In this document: positions 50,200 to 62,866 of the stretch, piece after piece | Position numbering within the stretch: the stretch's first letter is position 1 | Layout of the letters: each line of letters opens with the position of its first letter | Source of the DNA: Lama glama | Lineage: Eukaryota | NCBI GenBank assembly: GCA_028534125.1 | Contig: CM052816.1 | Coordinates: forward strand, 76,510,001-76,574,000 | DNA: 64,000 bases | Reading direction: 5' to 3' | Made by a program: the position numbers and the translations under genes | Notes under the pieces: generated by a model | Databases searched by the model: none | What the model was told of the DNA's origin: nothing | The model's input: only the letters and a program-made list of their open reading frames with translations

Positions 50200-50740
50200 A
50201 TTATATATACACATATTTTATATATATGTGTATGTGTATATATGTTACATATAACATATATGTTTAGATATAAGTAGTTTTAATGGAAACAATACATATA
50301 TACATATATATATATATATCTACATACATATGTTTAAGCTACCATACATATAAAGTTTAAGCTAGTGATCCACCATTAGTAGAACACATGTTCTGAGTTA
50401 TTTTCTCAGTATGTAAATGAATTCAGGTTACACATTTACTGAGTATTTTTTTTAATGGAGGTACTAGGGATTGAACCCAGAGGACCTCGTGCATGCTAAG
50501 CATGCTCTGTACCACTAAACTATACCTCCACAACCCTACTGAGTTCTTTTTTGTTCACTGAAAAATATATATATGAGTGTATGTGTGTGTGTTTTAGATA
50601 TGTTATTTGTATGTTTTATATAGATACATGTATGTTTTACATGTGTGATTTATATATATATACACACACATATATATGCACACATGTTCATCAGTGAACG
50701 AATACACACACACACACACATGTTCATCAATGAACAAACA
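50200..50740. repeat. TA/CA/TG-rich simple repeats with a short duplication (cacatgttcatcaRtgaac x2)
   Basis: Directly visible low-complexity tracts on both sides of the SINE. Confidence 0.8.
50445..50536 (-). mobile_element. Camelid tRNA-Ala-derived SINE (Vic-1-like)
   Basis: Minus strand gggttgtggaggtatagtttagtggtacagagcatgcttagcatgcacgaggtcctctgggttcaatccctagtacctccattaaaaaaaa: A box, AGC anticodon-like loop, B box (GGTTCAATCC), A-tail; TSD TACTGAGT at 50437-50444 and 50537-50544. Confidence 0.9.
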
Positions 50741-52344
50741 AGAATTCAGTATAGATACAACGTAAATTTATTCACAAGCTGGGAAAGTAACTCAAAACAT
50801 ACATCCTGCTTCCAGTGGATTAGTAGCTTAAATTGTACAGCATATGCCAATTCCCTGAGTTTTATGCAATCTCTTGGTTGTAAGGTACACACTTTTTGTT
50901 TTTCGGTCCTCAAAGAAGGGGAGGAAGGATGCAACAGCGTTAAGGGATCATTTGGGTTCACAGTAGGTATGTGCATGGTTGGTGTTAATCCTTGTTTAGA
51001 ACTGGACAAAATCCAGAGACGTCAGAGCTCTCTCCAACATTCCTTCAGTGTTATCTTTGGAAAATCAAGTTACTCTATATTAACCACACAAATGAAAATC
51101 TTCATGCTTTAGCCAAATGAATAGATTTGTTAGACTATGTTTACTTAACCTGTTTCCGATTTTTATTCATTTCAGAATACTTTCTTCTTTAATTGTCTTG
51201 TATGTGTCTACTCATTATCCACCTTGATTATTAGCCAGATTAATTTTTAAAGCCAACTAGAATCTGTTTTCAATTTCTGTTTTAGAATGGTCAGCCACAC
51301 AGAGTTCCCAGCATTTAGCCTGACGTTTTCAATTAGGTTGCAATGACTTTTTAACTTGAAAATACTGTTGTTCTTTCTGGCTATATACTTAACAAGAAAG
51401 GAAAAACAACTTTCTCTTTACTTTGATGATCTTCCACCAAATAATAAAAACCTGACCCAAAACACCACAGTAGATCTGTTCATTGAAACTGGTGGGAAGT
51501 AAGACACAAAGAAAATGAAGTGGCACTGAAAATTTCTGACAATAAGTTAATTTTGTATGTTTTTTAAGGAAAGCTAACATAATCAAAGCAAACTGAAACT
51601 GAGTTGCGGTATTTAAAAATAACATTTGTTCTATCTTTAGAGTTTATTATAAAAATATTATCGACTCTGACTTTTGTAGCGTTTTCATCCTGAACATCTC
51701 CAACTTCAGTCTAATTTTCGATTTCTATTTAAGGATGATTTAACAAAAGCACGAGGAGAAAAGCATTTTCTATGGGGTAAACCCTAATAAGAGATGGCAT
51801 AGATTCATCAGCTTGACTGCTTTAGTTCGAATGCTTTGTTCTTCTTAATGGTCCACATTGTGTCGTTTGAATCACTGGGTGGAACTGGAATAGATTTACT
51901 GAGTAAGACCTGGAGCAAACAGTACTCAAACATTATCACTGTGACCAAATGTTCTTCAAAAAAGCCCTAACATACTTGCTGAATACTTCGCGTTTTGTTC
52001 TGACTCTGGTTGAAAACCAGTGCTTCATTAACGAAAACGCATTTGCCAACATACTTAGAATACCACTAGTCTCCAGTGAAAAACAATAGAGTATAAGATA
52101 AAAGCTACTAATGCATATGCTGTAGGTATTTAACTGCCAGTAACTAAAAACTGACACCACACTCCAATCATTTCCCTGTTACTGACATTTTTTTTCTCAT
52201 GATTGTCTGCTAAAGAGGCTACCAGTCCATATTATCATTGATTTGGAGAATACAAGATAAAATACTAATTATTTTGTTCCATCCCATGTATTATAGATCA
52301 TAAATATATAACATATTTTAATAAATCTGTCATAAATACAATGC

Positions 52345-52520
52345 CAGCAATCACTTGTCATTAACTCTATACCAAGTACACTGCTCAATGCTTTATGTGT
52401 ATTTTTTTCCATTTAATCCTCATATGAACCTTAAGAGATAAGCATTATGTTTATCTCCATTGGCAGATAAAGACTATGAGGTTCAGGAAGGTTCTGTGTC
52501 TTGTCTGAGGCACACTGTCA
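52345..52520 (-). mobile_element. MIR SINE
   Basis: tgctttatgtgtatt...catttaatcctcat...ttatctccattggcagataaagactatgaggttcagg. Confidence 0.75.
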
Positions 52521-55500
52521 ATAATCACCGATTGATTATCTTGTGTTATTCATGCCATTACCCCTAATTCAGTGCCCTCAGCAGCCACACCTCTTACCTT
52601 AGCAAGTAATTGGAATGACATCCTTCCAGCCTTATTTCTGGATATCAGAGAATAGTGAGACTTGCCGCCACCTGTTTCCTGGAAGAAAAGCCAAACAATG
52701 AGCAATAGAAGTCAAAGCAAGAGTCACAGACCAATTGCAAATATAAATTGTACCCAAGTGATTACAAATATAATTACAAAAGGACTTATTTTTTAGAGAC
52801 CAAACAGAATCAGTTTTACCATCCAAAATATACCAAACCTGGTATAAGAATCATTAGCTAATGTAAAAGATGTGAAGCTAAGTTTCTAGATATGGAAAAA
52901 CTGGAAACTAACATGCTTTATCGTTAAGCAGCCAAAATGCTTTATTAACTGAGACCAAAAGAATATCAACATCTTCTTTGTCAGGCAGATATATTATCAA
53001 CAACCGCCTTGCTCCTTCCCTATGCAAAGACTGTGAGCAACACCTCTTCTAAGAGCATTAAGAGTCTTGCTGGAAAATGTTGTCTCCTCTGAGTGAGTTA
53101 CCTGGTCCCACTTGAGCACAGAATTCTGTAAAAAGTAGAGCCACAGTCAATGGCCCTTGTGTATCATATCCTAAAGAGGGTTATCAGCAATAAAAATCCC
53201 TCCTCAAAAATACAGGCAAGATTGCTCATTGCCACAGAATTACTAGTATGTATCTTTCCTCCCCTCTTTCCCATCTTCCACTAACTACAGCCCTTCTACA
53301 AACTTCTTTTGATGCAAGTGGCAGAGTAAACATAATAGTGTTAATTTCTCAAAAGCTCATAGGCTTACCTCTAAAAGTCATCCCTTTGGGCTCACAACTC
53401 TTGAGTCTTTGGGAAAAGAATAAACTTGAAATATATATATATATATATCTCAAAATGAAAAGTAAAAATTGAGACTACCTGGAACAACATGACTTAGTTT
53501 TTCAATGAAACTTTGCCCAGAAAAGTTAAGACTGTAAACTAATAAGTATTACTTTCTTAAAGATATTCATGCATTGATTACTTGGGCAAAGAGTTGTCTT
53601 ATCAAATAATAGTTCATCCATCAAATTTTCCCTTAAAGCACTTACCTCACTCTGTCCACCAATCCTAAACTATCATGTCACAAATTTGGGCCAATCTCCA
53701 TCATCTCTCCACCTTGAAACACCTGCTCAGACCTCAACACCCTATAGATTTCTGTTCAGACTCCCGTCTTGTAAGCTACTGTTGAAACCGGTCAAGATGG
53801 CGTTCTGTCTCACTGCAGTGGTTTCTGGTCTGTTTGGCTTTGCTTTACTAAATGGTTGTTTTGTCATATTTTAGGGAAGTCAATAAAAGAATGCCAATAT
53901 GGTACAGAGATCTGGAATCTTCCAAGTGTATTCATCAAGAACTCCAGCTGTTTTTGTTTAATCCATTTTACAAGCATCTTTGTTTTTCAATATTTCAGGG
54001 AACAGATTTGGGTGATTCCATCACAACCACAAGCATAGATTTCACAGAATATCAAATTTATTTAACATAGTCTCATAGATTGTGATTGTAGATCAAAAAC
54101 ACTTTTCAGTGGTTGACTTGAAAGTATCAGCAGTTTTTTAAAGTGCAAAGGAGTGCAAAAGACAGAATTTCATTTTTTTTCAATTTATGTGTTCATTTCT
54201 CACAAATTAAATCCAGACTTGTTTCTTAAGGCAGCATTTGGAAAATGTTTTTTGAATAGGCCAACAAACTAATTATTTGCCCCCTTAAACAAGTAGTTTA
54301 GAGAAGGTAATTTCTTTTATCTTGTTATTTTTTAAATCAATTCTAAAACTAAAAAAAAAAGGAAAAAACAATTGGCTTGAATCTATAAAAGTAAAAAACT
54401 TAAGATAATTAAGCTTAGGTTTCTAAATAAACATTTGTTAAAAGCCTCAATTTCAGTTATCTCTATTTTCATGAGGTATTGTCAGATTTATCACTTAAGA
54501 AGAAAGTTTTGAGCAGTTATAAAATAAAACAGTAGGTGTTAATCACTGTGCTGGACTGCATGGTGTACATACCCTTTCACTGCAAATGCACTGATGTCTG
54601 TGCTGTCTGTACACATTGTCTAAGTTAACTGATACTGCCCTGACATATTATTTGATTAAACACCTTTCAATATCAGTCCCTTTCTTATTCTTGGTAGGAA
54701 GTTTTAATGTGGGGATCTAACCTGGATTCATGGACAAATAGTTTAGCCTTTTACAAAAAACACAAAGAACTACTGACATGAAGCTATTTCTACTTTTCCT
54801 TAGAAAAATCCCTAGCATAAGAAATTACAAAGGCCTGCCTTATTGAATTAGATGAGAGAGGAAAAAAAACTGAAAAAAATAAAATAAAATACACAAATTA
54901 AGGCCTCAGTGACTTAACAAGTCTCAGAGCCGTCCTGTGGAACACTGGAAGGTAGCAGAGAACTTCTCTTCGGCTATTCACTTTTTAGACTGGAGAAGCA
55001 GCACAAATGCTAAATAAAATTAAAAGCTTAATGAACACAAGGAAATTCTGACCTTAAAATACATAGGTTCTGTACTCACAAAACACATGCTTTATCACCA
55101 GAGACTCTGAAATTATCACATGAAGAACACTGATATGCCAATTAGAAAGAATAACCAAGGAAATTTCCAGCAGAGGTATGAGGTAATTAGTAACCCTGCT
55201 GTGGAGGTTACTAAAAACAGGCGTATTTATTTATTTATTCATTCATTCACTTATTCATTTATTTCAATCTATTTATTTTCCATTAATTAGATACGTGGAG
55301 AGGAAAAACAATATCTATCATTCAGAATTGTAACTAATTTATATTCGTTTATATTTGGTTTTTGGAAATAGTTTAGAAGTTATAATTGGATATGGCATTT
55401 GGGTCAGTAGCTAGGGTTGCCCTGCATTACCATTTCACAGAGCAATAGTGTGAGATGGCAGGGTTAAGGCCCCTTAAGCCTCTGGAGATGAGGCTGTGTG

Positions 55501-55714
55501 TCTTTGTTATCTGCGCAATCTTGGTGCTCAGCTCGGCCTCTACAGTCAGTAAGCACTCATCTGTTAATCTGAGAAGGGAATGTTCTTGAGGAGGTTGAAA
55601 GACCTGCGTATCTCCAACTGCCGATGTCACTGCTACACAATTGCTTTATTTAGTAACTTATCTTAGAGATATAACTGGGAACATCTACGGCAAGTTTGCC
55701 ATCGTTTCTTCAGC

Positions 55715-55957
55715 AACATGGCTAGACCGTCAGGTGGCTGGAGTTCAAATTCCATCTCCAGTGCTCACTCGCTGTGTGACTCTGGGCAAGTTCCTTCCGT
55801 TTCTTGGAGCGGCTCTCCTTGTTGGGAAATGGAGATAAGAGGAGAAACTGCCCCAGAGGGCTGTTGTGAAGACTGATGAGGAAATCCACGCACAATGGCT
55901 TGTTTGATTGCCTGGTCCATAGAGGGCATCCAACGAATATTACTTATCACTATTACT
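55715..55957 (+). mobile_element. MIR SINE
   Basis: ggagttcaaattcc...ctcactcgctgtgtgactctgggcaagtt...agggctgttgtgaagact...tgcctggtccatag. Confidence 0.85.
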
Positions 55958-55997
55958 CACACCCTAAAATAAAATCACACAATTTTTAATAGCTTAC

Positions 55998-56346
55998 TGT
56001 ATTAATGTTCTGTGGCTCCTGTCACAAATTACCACAAACTGGGTGGCTTAAATTTTCTCACAGTTCTGGAGGCCGGAAGTCCAAAATCTGTTTTACCGGG
56101 CTGAAATCAAGGTGTTGACAGGGCCATGGTCCTTGAGGGACTCTGGTAGCGAGTACTTTCCATTCCTTGCCTCTTCCAGCTTCTGGAAGCTGCCAGCATT
56201 CTTTGGCTTGTGGCCACATGGGTCCAGTCTCTGCCTCTGTGGTCACCTGGTCTTCTGTTCTTCTGTGTGTCTGCGTCAGGCTCCCTCTGCCTCCTTCTTA
56301 TGAAGATGCACATGACTGCATTTAGGGTCCACTCTGATCATCTCAT
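55998..56346 (-). mobile_element. MaLR LTR (MLT1C-like), truncated
   Basis: tgtattaatgttctgtggctcctgtcacaaattaccacaaactgggtggctt...ctcacagttctggaggccggaagtcc...ctgcctccttcttatgaag. Confidence 0.88.
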
Positions 56347-57744
56347 TTTTTTTAAAACTCACTCTAGTATACAGAGTTAATAAATGATGCAGCCAAGAAT
56401 AAAACTCAATTGTGTCTAAATCCAAAAACTACACTCTTTCTAGTCACTAAGGTGAATATCAGACCAGTTAGAACATTTGTAGTTGACTTTTTCCCCTAGC
56501 AGCTACTCTTTCTCAAGAGCTATTTTATTTTGACAGTGTTGACCGAAACTCAGAGCACTTCACCCAAATTATAAATCTACTTCAGGCAGAGCTGTGGTTA
56601 CAGAGGGCGCTAACATGCTTGAGTTTCATCATGCACGTGTCCTGAGAGCTGGGGCCTGGTCAGCACAGTGCAATATTCAGTTCTGATGAGAATGCTGGTG
56701 GCACAAGGAGCCTGGGACCTTGTCCTCACCCCAGACGGTGGGATTCCGGGGTTCTCATGCACGTGTGATCTTTTCACCAAAAATCATTGGTTCAGTTGTA
56801 TTTGTTGATGACAAGTGTAACAGGAATGTGGCTCAAGTATTGCTGCTGACATCCAGAGTTAAATCAGACTTATGTCTCCAAATTGCCTTTATAGATATGA
56901 GAAGTTTCCAAATATATTGTTGAGAGATACTTACAGTGATGTTCTGTTGGTGGGGGTTGGCTTATTATTAGGGAAAGGCAAATCCTTTGTTAAAAGTGTC
57001 TACGAGCATGGTAAAATTTAGACAAGAAGAAAAAAACATGATTAAAAAATCTGCTCCAGAATGAAAACAGTCATTTTGGATGATCTGAATTGTATCTCCT
57101 TCCACCTCATTTCCTTCCCCTTGAACTCATCTGGTGCTTTCTGTCCCTGTTGGGTCTACATAATTCAAACTCTTCAGCTTTTGTGTGTTTTACAAAAGCG
57201 ATAGAGAAAATTAAAATGTTGGCCTACCCATCAAAACATAAGGCAAAACAAGTTTTAGATTTACATTTGGTTCTGATAAAGTATGATGATTGTAATAACA
57301 CAAATTGGCCAATATCAAGAGGATCTCAGACCCTAAAAATGAATATATTCCCTTACAGTTAAAGAATGTTCCACACAGTGAAGACACAAAATAGGATTTC
57401 ATAATTTGCACATTATTGGGGGTGGATAGAGATTACTGCCTTTATTGGTCCATGGAAATAAGGACTGGCCCATCTGCCTCTGGCTCTGGAGGAAGAGGTA
57501 AGCACTAGATATACAGGAGTGGGGATGCCAACCCCTGGGAGAGATCCAACCCCTTTAAAGGAAGGAAAACTGAAGGAAAAAAAATGAAATCTTTTTCAAA
57601 TCATTATGCAAAACAGCTTAAACTTACATTGTGCTGTATTTCAATCATATCTCAATAAAACCGGAAGGAAAACAAAGAGATCTCTTTTCAGCTTTGGGGA
57701 ACATAGATTGGGTTCAGACCCAGTTTCTGCATCACTCAAAGCCA

Positions 57745-58286
57745 GTAAGTCTAACTCAACAGACCCTCCATGCCCACACTTGACCGCTTGCTTTGATTAC
57801 TGGCCAACAAGAGTGGCCCCAGAGGCAGGTGTCGAATGCCAGCAGTCACCACTATAGACCCCATGTGTGACTTCAACTATTGGGAAGAGAGTTAAAACTA
57901 ACGTGGCCCTTTTGGTTTGGTGAAGCTCTGGCTCCCCCTAAGTCTGCCTGGAGAGGCTGAGTAACGCTACCTGGAAGTGCAAGAAAGTTATTTCCATAAG
58001 AGGTAAACTTTGACCAACGGAAAACAGGAGATAGGGGAAAAGCCAACAGATAAATTGCTCACCCTTCTTCCTCTCTGAGAACAGTTCTGCTACACAATAA
58101 TCTATACAACTTTTCTAAAGATGTTCTGCAAGGTGAGCAATCAGTTGTGTGCTTTGCAAAGCTGTGGCCAGCTCAGTAGTGCACCCACTGTCCTTCACTC
58201 TAAATTTCCTGGGACTGACCCCTCAAGTAAGGCATTAGCTTCTAAGTTTATGCCTCAGACTTTGTTTTCTGAGCAAATGAGTGACA
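57745..58286 (+). mobile_element. Old ERVL-class LTR (LTR41/LTR16-like)
   Basis: gaccaacggaaaacaggagatagg...cagataaattgc...ttcctgggact...ctcagactttgttttctg. Confidence 0.55.
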
Positions 58287-59749
58287 TGCGCTGCTCACTA
58301 AAAATAAATTCCTTTTTATTGAAACTCAGAGTTAAAATTGCATTACTAATTGTTACAGATCTAAAAAAAAAAAGTCTGCTTCTTCACTTCCTCAGTTTGT
58401 GTTCTGATGTGCATGAAAACTGTGCTGTGCAGCCCTCCATGGGGACCCCATAATCCCCTGGATCACAGCATTCACAGCCTTCCAAACCTGTCAACACATG
58501 GGGCAGGGTACCCAGCAGTAGGGAGTAATTTCTTCATCTTTCACTTGATGGGACTGTTGACAGAAAGGGTACAAGGTGGTTTCAAAGAATTTGAAGCAGA
58601 GACAGGCATTTGAGAATTTATAACCAAACTGTTTAACGGTGCTGTAAAGAGCCGACAAGAGTTCCTGGAAGATTCCCCAGCCCCATCTTCTTTCTGTCTT
58701 TATTCCACTTTCTCCTTCCTCTGTGTTTGAAAATTCTGTCTTGCTATTAGTTTTTAATGAAAACAGTGTGTTTATCATATCTGATGGCAGGCTGGGTTGT
58801 TTGCAGCTCAAGGTTATGTTGTTTTTTCCTTAGACAGATTCAGCTGGCAGCCTCTGCAGATTCCTTTGCACAAAAATGACACCATGACACCAAAGTTCTA
58901 GTGGCAAGAAGCAAATTCAACACCTCAGCAATTCTGCCAGCAAGATAAAGCACTGCCAACTGCTTTAAGGAAAAAAAAAGAACCAGAAAGGATAGAATTA
59001 AAAGTTTGGACAAGAAAATATGCTCACATATCATAACAGAGCAATGGCTTTAGAACTTTCCTTTGATTCTAAATGCTTGGTTGATGCTACAGCAGCCTCT
59101 TCAGAGCTATCGCTTGTCACAATGTCAAAAGATCTTGGACTCTGGGAACAGACTCCGATTAGCATGACTAACTCTTATCGTCCCAAAGCTTCAGGCATCA
59201 GTAACAGAGAGGAGCCTAGCAGACACTGGATAAATAATAAATAATGAGAAACATGTTGCAACATTCACCGTCAAATTATATTTCCAATCTTTTCTTACAT
59301 CCCCAAATTTCTAGTAAAATGAAGTTGCGCAGTTTCATTAAATTACCTAGACGTCATTTAAGAAGAAAAGAGAAAACATCTTTAGTATAATTTCAAATGT
59401 CTCCTTCGCGGCAGACACAAACATGCGGAGGGCTCTCTGCTGTGTAAAAATTTCCCCTTGTTCCCGCTCTCCAGCCAATCTGCAGAACCATGTCTTCCCT
59501 TCTGTTTACTGCCAAACTTCTGGAAAGGAGTTTATATTTTTTCTTAATCTCTCCCCTCCTTTCTCGTAACAGTCTTTCTGCTTCCACCAATTTGTTTAAT
59601 GGTTTCTCAGAGTTCAAGGAACTCATTACAAATGATCTCAGACTTTTTGAAATATCTGTTACTCTTGTTCCACTTGTTCTTGTTCATGGGCTCCGGCAGA
59701 CAGCACGCTGAAAACCCTGCTACACTGAGTCACAGTATCGGTCTCTCCT

Positions 59750-60330
59750 AAATGCAAGCTTTCTCCATAAGGTTCCTAGGACGTCAGTCTTTTTTGTCTC
59801 TCAGCCTTTCTCATCCACTCCTGTAGCTACAAATACCCACCACATCTGCGTCTAACTCATTAGTTTTTCTTCTCATCCAAACAGCAAACCTGCTTGTCAA
59901 CTGCCAAGTTGAACCAGTCTGCAAATGCACCATGGCACTTCGAAAAACTCCCTGTTGTCCAAAGCTGTTTCTGTTCCTTCTAGTTAGCTTTCCCTGAAAC
60001 CAGGATTAGAACGCAAGAATTATCTTTGGCTCTTCCTTCTTTTGGACTTAACACCTAATCATCGCCCTTGTGTGCCTGTAATTGTTTTCTCATCTAAGCC
60101 AGTTTTTACTGCCAAGCTCAAGATCAAGTTCCCACTTTCCCTGTCCTGGACCATCCCAACAGATATTTATTCCATTTTCCCACATCTTTCTACTCATCCT
60201 TTCCTTGTCAGAGTGATTTTCCTAACATATAACTCTGACCATGTCCCTCCTGCTTCAAAAGCCATCTTCTCTCTCTCTATTTTTAACAGAAAAGAGATCA
60301 GAGTCTAGTTTAGCATTTAAGATCCTTTAT
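59750..60330 (+). mobile_element. L2 LINE fragment
   Basis: cagagtgattttcctaacatataactctgaccatgtccctcctgcttcaaaagcc typical of L2. Confidence 0.7.
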
Positions 60331-60509
60331 AATTAGGGTGTTAAAAAGCTTTATAATCTTAAAAAATCTTATGTGAAAAGTACTGTTTTAGCTCACCACA
60401 GAGAAGGACTCATTACAAAGGACAGTCAATCAATCAATCAGAAAAAATAAGTTGCTTTAGTCTTTTTTTTTAAATTGGCTGGTGGAACTTAATTTTTTAA
60501 CAATGACTA

Positions 60510-60540
60510 TATTGCCATCTGCTGGAATGATTACAGCATG
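60510..60540 (-). promoter_or_regulatory. Strong CTCF motif with upstream-motif-like sequence
   Basis: Minus strand tgctgtaatcattCCAGCAGATGGCAat; core at 60513-60525. Confidence 0.5.
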
Positions 60541-61034
60541 ACATCTGAAGCAATTTTTTTTCCCCAAAATGTGAAAGATTTGGCTTCAATTTTCAAAAAT
60601 TCTGTCTAGATACAACTTTTAGTGTCTAGATGTTAACATTTGATGTAAGAATTACCTTTGATTTAAAAGCACACAAAATTACAATTAACAAATTATCATG
60701 ACCTTTGCTTATAAGAGACAGTGAGCATTTGCCCTTTATTTCTGAGAACATCCCAGTGAGTCCAAGGACGAAATGATTGGCTTTATGAGAAATAAAGTAT
60801 CTTGTCTAATGTCAGATGACTTTCAGAAAAATCATATTTTCTGATGCGACTCAACAAGTCAAGTCCTTCTCAAACTTTGAGACTCAGAACTAGAATTACT
60901 TTTTCCAGTGACAGTTTCCGATGCCACGTCTCACCCTCTCTGAAGTCACAGAACCTACTGTTTGCATATACCCTTCATCTGGAGGACTAAACAGTGCGCT
61001 GTGCTGACATGCACATGTCCTGTGCTTGCCTCCC

Positions 61035-61275
61035 AATACGCAGTTACGGTTATGCATCTGGTCTCTAAAATTAAACTGCCTGTTTCAAAATGTGACTTTG
61101 CCACTCACTGGTTATGAATTAATATTCTTGTGACTAGCTTCCTCCTCTCTGTCAGATGGAGATACCAACATTTCCTTCACAGGGTTGTTAGAAAGATTAA
61201 ATTAGCAAAAACTGTAAAATCGCTCAAAACAGAGCCTGCCATGTAGTAAACACTTAGCAATTAATAGCTAGTATC
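61035..61275 (+). mobile_element. MIR SINE
   Basis: ctttgccactcactgg...cttcctcctctctgtcagatggagata...cttcacagggttgttagaaagattaaa...gcctgccatgtagtaaacact. Confidence 0.8.
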
Positions 61276-61384
61276 AAGCATATTGCTAGATGTGATTATT
61301 GTGCAACGATTATCCCAGGAGGTAGCAGCGAGTCCCACACCTCAGAACACTACTATTATTAAGTGACACATTTTTATTAGCTAT

Positions 61385-61841
61385 TTTTAAATTAATTAGG
61401 TTTTTGGAAGTATACTTTACTTACATTAAAATTTATCAGTTTTAATGGTACAGTTTGATGGGTTTTGATAACAGTTGAATAACCAAAACCACAATCAAAA
61501 TAAAGAAAATTCCTATCACCCTATTATGTCCTGTGCCCTTTTTCAAACCTCCCTTGTTCCACCCTAACCCCTAGAGGCCCCCAAGCCCTGGCAACTATCG
61601 AGTTCCTCTTCTCGAATTCCATGTGAATAGAATCACATGGAATTCGAATATGCTGTCTTTTGTGTCTGGATTCTATTACTTAGGGTAATGATTTTAAGAT
61701 TCATCTATGTTGTTTGGTATAGCAGTAGTTCACTCCTTTTAATTGCATGTTAGTATCTCATGGATATTTGGATTATTTCTAGGTTTTGGTTACTGGAAAT
61801 AAAGCTGCTATGAACATTTGCATATAAGTCTTTGGGCAGAC
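61385..61841 (-). mobile_element. Old L1 3' region (L1MB/MC-like)
   Basis: gtacagtttgatgggttttgata...ttttgtgtctgg...aataaagctgctatgaacatttgcatataagtcttt. Confidence 0.8.
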
Positions 61842-62865
61842 ATTGGTCTTAGCAATATCTTTCTGGATACGTCTCCTCAGACAAGGAAAGAGAAGTAAAA
61901 ATAAACAAACAGGACTACATGAAACTAAAAAGCTTCTGCACAGTGACGTAAACCACCAACAAAAGAAAAGACAACCTACTGAATTAGAGGATATTTGTAA
62001 ATCATATATCTGGTAAGGGGTTAATATCCAAAATATATAAAGTACACCTACTACTCAACAACAACAAAAATAAACAAACCGATTAAAAAATGGACAAGAA
62101 GCTGAATAAATATTTTTCCAAAGAAGACATATAAATGGCCAATAGTCACATGAACAGATGTTTAACATCACTAGCTATTAGGGAAGTGCAAATCAAAACC
62201 ACAATGAGATATTACTTCATGCCTGTTGAAATGGCTAACATCAAAAGGCAAGAAATAGATAACAAGTGTTAGGACATGGAGAAACACCTCACACACTGTT
62301 GGTGGGAATGTAAATTGGTGTAATCATTATGGAAAACATCATGGAGATTCCTCAAAATATTAAAAATAGACTTACCATATGACCCAGCTATTCCAGTCCT
62401 GGGTATTTTTTTTGAAGAATACCAAAACACTAATTCAAAAAGATATATGCATTCCTATGTTCACTGAAGCATTAGTTACAATATCCAAGATATGAAAACA
62501 ACCCAAATACCCAACAATGGATGAATGGAAAAGAAGATGTGGTATATATATGTACAATGAAATACTACTCAGCCATAAAAAATGAAATCTTGCCACTTGT
62601 GACAACATAGATGGACCTTGAGGGTATTATTCTAAGTGAAATAAATCAGTCAGAGAAAGATACATACTGTATGATTTCACTTATATGTGGGTAAATAAAC
62701 AAACAAAACAAACCAAACAAAAATAAGCACATAGATACAGAGAGCACAGTAGTGGTTGCCAGAGGGGAAGGGGGTGGGGGAAGGTCTAAATGGATAAAGG
62801 GAATTAGTACGGTGATGGATAGAAACTAACCTTTTGGTGGTGAGCACACCACAGCGTATACACAC
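61842..62865 (+). mobile_element. Laurasiatherian-type L1 3' region lacking its terminal 3'UTR and A-tail
   Basis: ggactacatgaaactaaaaagcttctgcacag...ccatatgacccagctattcc...ttttggtggtgagcacaccacagcgtatac then an abrupt switch to CFAP53 sequence. Confidence 0.9.
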
Positions 62866-62866
62866 A

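Noticed and set aside
50445..50536. tRNA-Ala gene
   Set aside because: A-tail, TSD and a disrupted cloverleaf indicate a SINE rather than a functional tRNA.
53876..54070. Two putative small coding exons (ttttag|GGAAG...ATATG|gtacag and tttcag|GGAAC)
   Set aside because: Weak donor site, no recognisable protein, no supporting neighbouring exons; such signals arise by chance in AT-rich DNA.
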